Both the position numbers and the translations under genes were made by a program. From the NCBI GenBank assembly GCA_051532055.1, contig JAOPTX010000032.1, positions 64,001 through 128,000 on the forward strand: a DNA stretch of 64,000 bases, given 5' to 3'. The notes beneath the pieces were generated by a model. It worked only from the letters and a program-made list of their open reading frames with translations, did no database searches and was not told the DNA's origin. Positions 31,116 through 39,318 of this stretch are shown here, in pieces (the stretch's first letter is position 1; each line of letters opens with the position of its first letter). This DNA is from Fibrobacterales bacterium. GTDB lineage: Bacteria; Fibrobacterota; Fibrobacteria; Fibrobacterales; JAOPTW01.

Positions 31116-32783
31116 ATGCAAAAGCTTATATTAGCGGTAAAATACGCACCTTCTCTTATTTCAGGCACACTCCTGAGTTCACTTATTCTCTTAAGCAGTT
31201 GCTCTCGAGATAACACCGTGGCCGCCGATGACAGCTCTCTATTGAGTAGCCAACACACAGGAACGCCTGATTCCACTCAAAGCTCTTCTCAAAATGCTCA
31301 AATGAGTTCTGGTATCTCACAAGGGTCATCTACTCAAACACCACTTTCGTCTGGTGCAAAAACATCTTCTGCAACCAATCCACAGTTCTCATTTTCACCC
31401 ATTTCAGGTGATGACAACACATCATCCAATAGTCAGAACCCAGACCAATCTTCTCCAGATCAAAACTCCTCAAATGGTAATACTAACTCATCAGCAGGAA
31501 CCTCTTCTCACTCAACCGACCCTAATGAAAGCTCTTCAGTTTCAAGTAGCGCTATAACACCGTCAAATTTTACTCTTGCACTCAATGATTCTGCCGACTA
31601 CCTCTTTAATCAAGATGTTGTACGTGAATACCATATTGTGCTCGACCCCGATTCCCTTGCCTTTATTGATAGTGACCCAGAAGCTGAAGACTATGTGGGT
31701 GGCTCTATAGTACTTGATGGCGACACCATTGGTCCTGTAGGCATTCGATACAATGGAGGTGACTGTGTAACCAACGGGCGACTCCCCAAAAATTGTCCCA
31801 AACTTTCAATGAAAATAAAACTTACCTGGAGCACCTCAAACCTTAGAATTTATGGGAAAAAGAGACTCATTTTTAAAGCGATGCTCAAAGATGACAGCCA
31901 AATGCATGAACGATTGGGCTTTTGGATCTATAATAAAATGGGAGTAAAAGCCCCCCGTGTTGTGCATGCGAAAGTATTTGTCAATGACACCTATGCCGGC
32001 CTCTTTAACCTCGTCGAAGAGGTAGATGGGAAATTTACCAAATCTCACTTCAGTACTGACGGTGATGGCAACCTCTACAAAGACACTTGGCCTACGGAAT
32101 ACACTGATACGGCTAAAACAGCTGAAAACTTTATAAACAACCTCGAAACCAATACCTCAACACCTAATGTCAATCTTATAAAAGGATTTGCGGACGAGAT
32201 TATTAGTGCAGGTACTCCCGCTGACGCTGCCTTTATTATTAGCAACTATATGGATGTCCCTACTATGATGAATTACATTGCTGTTGACCGCGCTATTCGC
32301 AATGACCAAGGTATTTTTCACTGGGACTGCAACAGCTCACAAACGAACTGTGAACCTGAAAACTTTTTCTGGTACGAAGAACCAACAAACGAACTCCTCT
32401 CTGTCATCCCGTGGGACCTCGATCGAGCTTTTGAAAACATCTCAGGCGAAAACAACGAGGACAGCTATATTAAAGACGTATGGAATGTTCAAAGTTCATG
32501 CACCCCTTTTATACAAGGAGGCGACCGTCAAATCTCTGCCGTTTGTGATGATGTTATTGAAGGACTTGGAACATTTACAAGCGAATATGCTGCCGCTCAA
32601 GCAAAGCTCAAACCTATCATGGGTGAAGCACTCCTCTTTTTGGAGCACATTAAGACTCAAATTTCTGATGCTACTGAAGCCGCATATACTGAGTATGGGA
32701 ATGAAGCGCTGAGCCCCGCTGACTGGGAAAGTGCTGTTTCTGAGTTGAAGGGTGATGTTGAAGATGCGCAGAGTGGGTTGTAG
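31116..32783 (+). CDS. Ser-rich lipoprotein with CotH-kinase-family domain (possibly inactive)
   Basis: Lipobox LSSC; Ser-rich linker; VGIRYNG, KLSMKIK, ERLG, YAGLFNLVEEVD, GNLYK, IPWDLD. The ORF track starts at 31098. Confidence 0.82.
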   Translation: MQKLILAVKYAPSLISGTLLSSLILLSSCSRDNTVAADDSSLLSSQHTGTPDSTQSSSQNAQMSSGISQGSSTQTPLSSGAKTSSATNPQFSFSPISGDDNTSSNSQNPDQSSPDQNSSNGNTNSSAGTSSHSTDPNESSSVSSSAITPSNFTLALNDSADYLFNQDVVREYHIVLDPDSLAFIDSDPEAEDYVGGSIVLDGDTIGPVGIRYNGGDCVTNGRLPKNCPKLSMKIKLTWSTSNLRIYGKKRLIFKAMLKDDSQMHERLGFWIYNKMGVKAPRVVHAKVFVNDTYAGLFNLVEEVDGKFTKSHFSTDGDGNLYKDTWPTEYTDTAKTAENFINNLETNTSTPNVNLIKGFADEIISAGTPADAAFIISNYMDVPTMMNYIAVDRAIRNDQGIFHWDCNSSQTNCEPENFFWYEEPTNELLSVIPWDLDRAFENISGENNEDSYIKDVWNVQSSCTPFIQGGDRQISAVCDDVIEGLGTFTSEYAAAQAKLKPIMGEALLFLEHIKTQISDATEAAYTEYGNEALSPADWESAVSELKGDVEDAQSGL

Positions 32784-32831
32784 GTTAAGGTTATACACCA
32801 GAGCAATAATATGACTATTATTGCTCCCCAT

Positions 32832-32847
32832 TGTGACTCAGATCACA
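32832..32847. promoter_or_regulatory. CRP/FNR-family-type operator
   Basis: TGTGA-CTCAGA-TCACA, a perfect TGTGA-N6-TCACA, about 90-100 bp upstream of the large OmpA-domain ORF. Confidence 0.55.
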
Positions 32848-32932
32848 CTCTACCTGCCCCCAATGTAAATTAGTACTTACACTCTAAACTGTTCCATTGA
32901 ATATTCTATGATTATTCTTTTACATCTTATGT

Positions 32933-35900
32933 TTGGAGTCCGTTGTGTCTTTCGGAAAAGCTAAAAACCCTCTTGACCATTCAATTTTTAATAAGTTTGA
33001 CGATGCTGCCTTCAGTCGCCCAAAATCTGGCGGCGGCGGCGGTGGTGGCCTTGGCCCTAACACAAATGCAGGAGGGGGTTCGTCTCGTGCGCCTCAATGC
33101 AATAGTGGATCAGGGGATACTGAAGAAGAAAATACCACATCGGAACAAGCGCCTATTCAAGAAGAGGAAGAAGAGGCTCAGGGCCAACTAGTAGATCTGA
33201 GTAATTTAGATTTTATTGATCCTGAAAATGCCACAATAGATGGAAATATAGAGGTTTCGGTAGAAGTTGAATATCTTACAGAGCGCACTCCACTAGAAAT
33301 AACCTTTACCCCAGAAGCTACCTTTGAAGGTTCTTCAGAAGCCGGGGTTCCGGTGACGAGCACTGTCAGTGATCGAGTGGCACAGGCAACAGTTAAGCTT
33401 GCTTTGCATCATGGGTATTATGAGAAAAAAGAGAAGTCTGCCGATGATACAGTTGAATATAGCGTAAAAGCAATCTGCTCTGCTGATGATACTGAGGTGG
33501 TTGCCGTGAGTACTATTAAACTTCCAGGAAAACCACTCTCTATCGATTGTATCGAGGTTATTGACCAAGTATTTAATCTTAATAGTGCTATTCCAGTTGT
33601 TGACGACAAAGGTACACTGGTGAGCATACTGAGCACCTGCTTTAAACATCTAGATGAGTGGCCCGATAAAGAACTGATGATTCTGGGCCATACCGATACC
33701 AGTGGTGAACCACAACCCAATTTTGATCTTTCTGAAAAGCGCGCACAGAGTATAAAAGCGTTATTGAGTAACGATGCTGAACTCTGGAAAGGGATGGCAA
33801 AAGCGCAAAGTGACGTTGTAGATTATCAACAAATAGTAAAAGGCTTAGATATACTCAAAGGATGGGGATGTGACCCAGGCACGGTAGATGGTGTAGATGG
33901 ATCGGCGACTCAAAAAGGATTGAAAGCTTTTCAGAGTGCCTATAATGAAAACTTTGATGGTTCTCTTGCGGTTGATGGAAACATTGGGCCCAATAGCTGG
34001 GCTGCACTGCTAGACGTCATCTATCAGACAGCCCTAGAGCAGTCTGAAATAAAACCGTCACGTATTAAGCCTCGTTTTCATGCCGAGTATGGAGTGTATC
34101 CTTGTGGTGAATCATTCCCCGTTGATCAGACCGGAATGGATGGCTTGCAATCGGCTTCTAATAGACGTGTGGAGATACACATGAGCGACCGGCCTAACCC
34201 TCCAAAGCTCCCTGAACCTATTCCAGAAATGGCCGTAGCAGATATTGTTCTTTACGATAGTGCTGTTACCGCAATGAATATTATTGCCATCATTAGGACC
34301 ACTGCGGGCTCAAATTGGCTTGATATTACCCTACATGATGATCTTGATAGTCCACTTGCGGGTTATACGGTGATCATTGAACTTCCAGATGGGACTCAAT
34401 TGGAAGAAGTACTCGATAATAAGGGTTCGGCCTCTGTTGAAATCACTGAACATAGAACGGTATCAGTCACAGTCAAAAGTGATGATGATTTTGAATATGA
34501 TGTAGTAATTGAAGATGATTCTGATCCGGAGAGTGAGCAAGCTGAGAAAAAAGAGCCAGAGTCTCTTATTAAAGTTGAGCGTACGGGCGATAAAGGAGAG
34601 AATTCGGTCTTAAGAAAAATAGTGACTCCACCATCACTGGTACTTTATAATCCCATTACAAAATCCTATACCGTTATAGACCCCAAAGAGACAGAGCTTT
34701 GGGAAAAATTTAGCGCCGAAGTGACAAATGTTGAAGAGATTCACGGAAAGATGCGTGAGTTTAGAGAGATGATTGCCAAAAATGAGGGTGATGCTGACGC
34801 CCTGGCAAAGGAGTCTCTTGATTTTACTACGGATCTTGTGAAAGAGCTCTACCCTGAAGGGGGAGAAAAGCTCGAAGAGATGATTGTACTCATAGATCAT
34901 CCAAGCTACGAGAACCTTATGAAGAACTCCACCTTTATTTATGCGCGAGATACTGTACTGAAAAAAGCTGGGCTTGAGTGGATCAAAGAAGAGAATGCCC
35001 TTGAAGACACCAAGGTGGGTAAGAAGCTTAAAAAGGCACTTCAGTTTAAAGGTACGTCTAAAAAGAAAAAACATTCCGGTGCGAAGTATGGACTGAGTAA
35101 AAATATTGAGTCGATGTATGCGAAAGATTATGAGCCGGACTTTGAGGCCCAGTGGCCTATTAAATGGAAGTGGGATACTGAGGTTGAGAGCTCGAGTGAC
35201 GCTCATGAATTTAAGATGACTAATGAGATGACCGTGTGTCGTTTTTTTGCCAAAGCACCGGCAGCACCGGAAATTGATTGGGAAAATATGAGCGTCAATC
35301 TAGAGTCACAAGGTGAAGTAGGCTATACCTTAGCGTCTGACACTCTAAAGGGTGAACTCTATGTTCCATCAAAAACTGGGTTTAATCTTTTTGCACCGAT
35401 TGAGTCTGTGGCAGAGCATGCTCCAGTATTTACTTTAAGCAAAAAGGCTAAAACTTCTCTTGATAAAAATAAAACAACAGGCAAAATATTAAATGGTGAA
35501 CTCTGTGTTCGTATTGCGACATCTTTTGAAGGCTCTGTTGAAGCGGGTGTAAAAGCTTGTTTCTCTTCTAAGGGAAGTATTGGGCTCAGTCAAGAGAATA
35601 AAGACATTATTAATCGACAGAAAAAGGTACTCACCGACCTAGTAAAATTACCTCATATGTGGGATGAAGAACCTGACGCTTTAGAGAAAGCCAAGAAAAA
35701 AGAACCCAAAGGGGGCAAGACTCGACACCTAGAAATGGGAGAACCTGTTGAGATAGAAGTTGAGGCATTTGCAGGTATTAAAGCCGGTGGCGAAATTAAA
35801 ACAGGTGTGGAGTGGTCAAAGGGTAAGTCTGAGACATTTGTAAATATCGCTTCATATTATGCAATTGCAGAGGGATACTTAGGTGTTGCTGTAGCATTGC

Positions 35901-36682
35901 GTTTAAAGATATTTTTTCGTAAAGGCAGAGTTTGTTTTCACTTTAAAGCGGGAGCGGCCTTTAAAATTGGTGGCTCAGTTGGGTGTGGATATGATGTCGA
36001 TCTTTGGCAGGGGTATGAGATTGTCAAGCATATTACAACCTGTATTGATTTTAGATACCTTGCGGAGATATGCCCAGTACTTCATCAGATCTATGTGCGT
36101 ATTTCAACAAAGATGGCTGTGCTTCGAGAAGATTATCAGGAATTTAAAGATAAGTTGATTGATGGTGGTACTGATCTTGTTGCTGATTTAGGAAAACTCT
36201 ATGCAAAAGTGTATGATCAAGGAATGAGGGAGGTTGATGAATTTGCGGATAAGCTTGATGATTATCTAGATGATACTGTTGAGTGGATTAATACAAGTTT
36301 CAAAGAAGTTTCAACTGAATTTATTAATGCGATTGATGATTATACTGATATGTTGCCTGAGTTTCCACCAGAGGTTACAGGTAACTTAATGCGTGTTGTG
36401 GATAGTTTTGTTAAAAATGAGGACAAAGAAACTAAGGGTGATGCATTTGCGACATTAATTGAAAGTGCCGCTGATGAAGGAGTCAGCTGGGTTATTAGAC
36501 AGTTTTCTGATGAGAAAGTACCTTTGAATAAGAATGATTCTAAGCGAGAGCTAGCTAAGAGCAAAGCAAAAGAATCAGGAGAAAGTAAACTTGCTGATAT
36601 AATAGACGAAAGACAGCTTAAAAAAATAGCAAAAGAGATTTTGCCTAAAAAAGGTTATACATGGCTTACAGAACTACTTTAA
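32933..36682 (+). CDS. Multidomain OmpA_C + peptidoglycan-binding + TTR-like protein with unknown C-terminal domain; candidate polymorphic toxin
   Basis: GHTDTSG..NFDLSEKRA and NRRVEI (OmpA_C) split by DPGTVDGVDG..T..GLKAFQ...VDGNIGP (PG_binding_1); WLDITLHDD...P...LPDG...LD..G; Gly-rich beta region. No signal peptide. The start may be GTG at 32945. Confidence 0.7.
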   Translation: MESVVSFGKAKNPLDHSIFNKFDDAAFSRPKSGGGGGGGLGPNTNAGGGSSRAPQCNSGSGDTEEENTTSEQAPIQEEEEEAQGQLVDLSNLDFIDPENATIDGNIEVSVEVEYLTERTPLEITFTPEATFEGSSEAGVPVTSTVSDRVAQATVKLALHHGYYEKKEKSADDTVEYSVKAICSADDTEVVAVSTIKLPGKPLSIDCIEVIDQVFNLNSAIPVVDDKGTLVSILSTCFKHLDEWPDKELMILGHTDTSGEPQPNFDLSEKRAQSIKALLSNDAELWKGMAKAQSDVVDYQQIVKGLDILKGWGCDPGTVDGVDGSATQKGLKAFQSAYNENFDGSLAVDGNIGPNSWAALLDVIYQTALEQSEIKPSRIKPRFHAEYGVYPCGESFPVDQTGMDGLQSASNRRVEIHMSDRPNPPKLPEPIPEMAVADIVLYDSAVTAMNIIAIIRTTAGSNWLDITLHDDLDSPLAGYTVIIELPDGTQLEEVLDNKGSASVEITEHRTVSVTVKSDDDFEYDVVIEDDSDPESEQAEKKEPESLIKVERTGDKGENSVLRKIVTPPSLVLYNPITKSYTVIDPKETELWEKFSAEVTNVEEIHGKMREFREMIAKNEGDADALAKESLDFTTDLVKELYPEGGEKLEEMIVLIDHPSYENLMKNSTFIYARDTVLKKAGLEWIKEENALEDTKVGKKLKKALQFKGTSKKKKHSGAKYGLSKNIESMYAKDYEPDFEAQWPIKWKWDTEVESSSDAHEFKMTNEMTVCRFFAKAPAAPEIDWENMSVNLESQGEVGYTLASDTLKGELYVPSKTGFNLFAPIESVAEHAPVFTLSKKAKTSLDKNKTTGKILNGELCVRIATSFEGSVEAGVKACFSSKGSIGLSQENKDIINRQKKVLTDLVKLPHMWDEEPDALEKAKKKEPKGGKTRHLEMGEPVEIEVEAFAGIKAGGEIKTGVEWSKGKSETFVNIASYYAIAEGYLGVAVALRLKIFFRKGRVCFHFKAGAAFKIGGSVGCGYDVDLWQGYEIVKHITTCIDFRYLAEICPVLHQIYVRISTKMAVLREDYQEFKDKLIDGGTDLVADLGKLYAKVYDQGMREVDEFADKLDDYLDDTVEWINTSFKEVSTEFINAIDDYTDMLPEFPPEVTGNLMRVVDSFVKNEDKETKGDAFATLIESAADEGVSWVIRQFSDEKVPLNKNDSKRELAKSKAKESGESKLADIIDERQLKKIAKEILPKKGYTWLTELL

Positions 36683-37422
36683 TATTTTTTTTTCTCACAG
36701 TTCTAGTGTACTCAAAAGGCATCACTAAGGACTGTAAAACAGTTAACAACAAAGAAATATGTAAAGTTTATAAAAATAAGATTTTGCGAAAAGTTACTGA
36801 GTATACTATATCAGAGAATACCGGTATTGAAACTACTTATCACGAAAATGGAAAGTTAAAATCAAAATTTAAGATGGTAAAAGGGCAATTTATTGACACA
36901 ATGTTTGTCTATCATGAAAACGGAAACCTGGAATCATCTTCTCCATTTATAAATGGAGAAGAAAATGGATTTGTAAAATATTGGTATTCAAATGGACAAC
37001 TGAAAATCATTAACAATTATGACGATGGAAAAAAAGATGGGGAATATAAGAAATTCTTTGAGAATGGAGTTTTAAAAGAGAAAGGCCAATTTGTAAAGAA
37101 AAGACGTAATGGAATCTTCACAGAGTTTTGGCCCAATAAACATAAGAAGATGATAACAGAATATAAAATGAATCAACCGCTTGTTGAAGAACGTTTTTTT
37201 AGAATATCTGGGAGAAATCAAAAGACAACTTTTATTAAGAAAAGAAAAATCGATACATTTACCAGTTATACCAAACCTGGCAAAGTCTATTTTTCAGTGA
37301 CAGACCTAAAAAAGGGCTATATCAAGTTTCTTGATCCAGTAACGGAAGAGTGTGTGGCTCATAAAATTAAGCGCTATCGTCGTATTGAAGAAGACCTGAA
37401 ATGCAGTGATGTGACAGGCTAA
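36661..37422 (+). CDS. Exported MORN-variant/YwqK-like repeat protein; candidate immunity protein
   Basis: Signal peptide; YHENG/WYSNG/FFENG repeats; overlaps the upstream gene by 22 nt. Confidence 0.75.
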   Translation: MAYRTTLIFFFLTVLVYSKGITKDCKTVNNKEICKVYKNKILRKVTEYTISENTGIETTYHENGKLKSKFKMVKGQFIDTMFVYHENGNLESSSPFINGEENGFVKYWYSNGQLKIINNYDDGKKDGEYKKFFENGVLKEKGQFVKKRRNGIFTEFWPNKHKKMITEYKMNQPLVEERFFRISGRNQKTTFIKKRKIDTFTSYTKPGKVYFSVTDLKKGYIKFLDPVTEECVAHKIKRYRRIEEDLKCSDVTG

Positions 37423-37444
37423 TACTGGGAGAAAAAGCGAGAGT

Positions 37445-38746
37445 TTAAATTAAAATGTTCTTTGAAATTGCAGATTTTAAATTTTTGTTAACTTCTGCAA
37501 TTGAGGCAAAGTGCTCCCAGTCTGATACCACTTCTTTAATATCACTAATAATCTTGTCAGCTTTTTTAATGTTATTTGCTTCAGCAATTGTCATCAAATC
37601 TTCCTTTATGATACTGTGATACTTGCCGTTAATACTTAAAGTGTGTTGACTCACCCAAATATTAGTGGGATCATAAGAATAACAGATATCATATGCAGGG
37701 GATAATTTCCACATCTCTCCCTGCTTAAGCATAAAAGCAAAATTTTTAGTGTGATCATCATAGTTGGTTGCATACGCATTAAATACCATTCTTCGAAACA
37801 TCTCTTTAGCCTCTGGATATGACAATTTGAGAAGCCGCATTGTTTGAAATAGCTGCTCATAACTATGACCCTGCAGATTCTTATAGTCAAAATGTTGGAT
37901 ACCACAAAAAGTTTGAATATGATGCTTGGTGTTATTCCCTCCTCTATCAAAACGTTTTGTCATAAAGTGAGCTCGGCCATTTTCCTCTATGAGCTTAGAT
38001 TCCATCATATTTATGCCGCACTCTTTTGCCATCAAATAATATGCATACTCTACTCGCCCAAAACCGTGACTCACTCCAAACTGGGCATCACTTACACCAT
38101 CTAATTTAATGAGCCAGTGTTCATACCCTTTAGGTGCATTTGCTTGACCTGAACGGATATCACCTGTTTTAGAATTATAGGTGATAACAGCCTTAGGTCT
38201 TGCTCCACCTGCAGAAGTCCCAATCTTAAGAATATCACTCATAGCTTTTTTTTCATCTTCATGAAGATTGGTATTAAAACCTTCTCTGTGCGAAAGTAGC
38301 TTACTTGCTGATTCTACTAGACTTTGTAGCTCAATTGAAAATGAATTCGTATTTGCGCTTGTAATAACAGGTTCAAACTCTAAAGCCCCCATGCCTCTTT
38401 TACCTATAAAGCATAATTGCTCAACAGGATTCATACTTCCCATAGGTCGGTCATTTTGCGCGAGCCATAAGTCAATTAATTGATTACCATATCTATCGGG
38501 GAGTGCATCAGCCAAAAGGCCAGGTAAGCCCTTGAAAGTAGACATGTCTTCATTTTTCTGCTTTCGCAATGCGGGGAACTGAAATATCCTTTGATCTGGA
38601 TCTAAGGGCATTTTCATTGGTGACAATTCATATCCTTTTGAAATAAATTTTTTATCATATTCAAAAATTGCTACTTGTCTTTCTTTATCCCACCTAACTG
38701 CTCCAACATCTTCACCCCAAATTTTTACTAATGCTACATCTACCAT
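37445..38746 (-). CDS. hipA: Type II TA toxin, HipA-family kinase
   Basis: N-terminal couple_hipA region (GLLADALPDRYG, RGMGALEF); GTSAGGARPKA loop; NYDDHTKNF; LSPAYD. Confidence 0.93.
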   Translation of the reverse strand: MVDVALVKIWGEDVGAVRWDKERQVAIFEYDKKFISKGYELSPMKMPLDPDQRIFQFPALRKQKNEDMSTFKGLPGLLADALPDRYGNQLIDLWLAQNDRPMGSMNPVEQLCFIGKRGMGALEFEPVITSANTNSFSIELQSLVESASKLLSHREGFNTNLHEDEKKAMSDILKIGTSAGGARPKAVITYNSKTGDIRSGQANAPKGYEHWLIKLDGVSDAQFGVSHGFGRVEYAYYLMAKECGINMMESKLIEENGRAHFMTKRFDRGGNNTKHHIQTFCGIQHFDYKNLQGHSYEQLFQTMRLLKLSYPEAKEMFRRMVFNAYATNYDDHTKNFAFMLKQGEMWKLSPAYDICYSYDPTNIWVSQHTLSINGKYHSIIKEDLMTIAEANNIKKADKIISDIKEVVSDWEHFASIAEVNKNLKSAISKNILI

Positions 38747-39093
38747 TCACTTTCCTCTTCTCCCTTTGATTTTTTCTTTCTGGCTCTCGATCGCAATTTA
38801 TTCTTTGATTTTAATTTCGCATATTCAATAGGGCTTATTTCATTCGACACTTGAAACGCATCAAGTACATGTAACAAATCAAGTACACGCAATACTTGAA
38901 TTAAACTATTCAATGAAGAGTTATCCCCTCGCTCTAATAGGCTTAATGTAGAACGACTTATTCCAGCCGCTTCCGCTACATCGCTTTGAGATTTATTTTG
39001 ATTTAATCGATGATGCTGGACAAATCCCCCTATAACCCCCCTTAATCCACCATCACTCATCGAATGCCAGTTATTGTCGTATAAATCACTCAT
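38740..39093 (-). CDS. hipB: HTH (XRE) antitoxin, HipB-like
   Basis: SQSDVAEAAGISRSTLSLLERG HTH; overlaps the hipA start. The ORF track starts at 39108. Confidence 0.85.
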   Translation of the reverse strand: MSDLYDNNWHSMSDGGLRGVIGGFVQHHRLNQNKSQSDVAEAAGISRSTLSLLERGDNSSLNSLIQVLRVLDLLHVLDAFQVSNEISPIEYAKLKSKNKLRSRARKKKSKGEEESEW

Positions 39094-39318
39094 AATAAAC
39101 CTTATCAAGTATTAATGCATTAAATATCATGCGCTACACCTTTAATATACATGAATCAACTGAAATATGTATATTAAATCACACATTAAGTACAATTTAC
39201 AACCATAGTGCGCACTATATCATACACAATATAACATTTTCGCTCACAATATTATATCATAAAAACGATCTAATTCCTAATTAACTATGTCAACGGTTTG
39301 AAGTCAGAAACACCCTAC

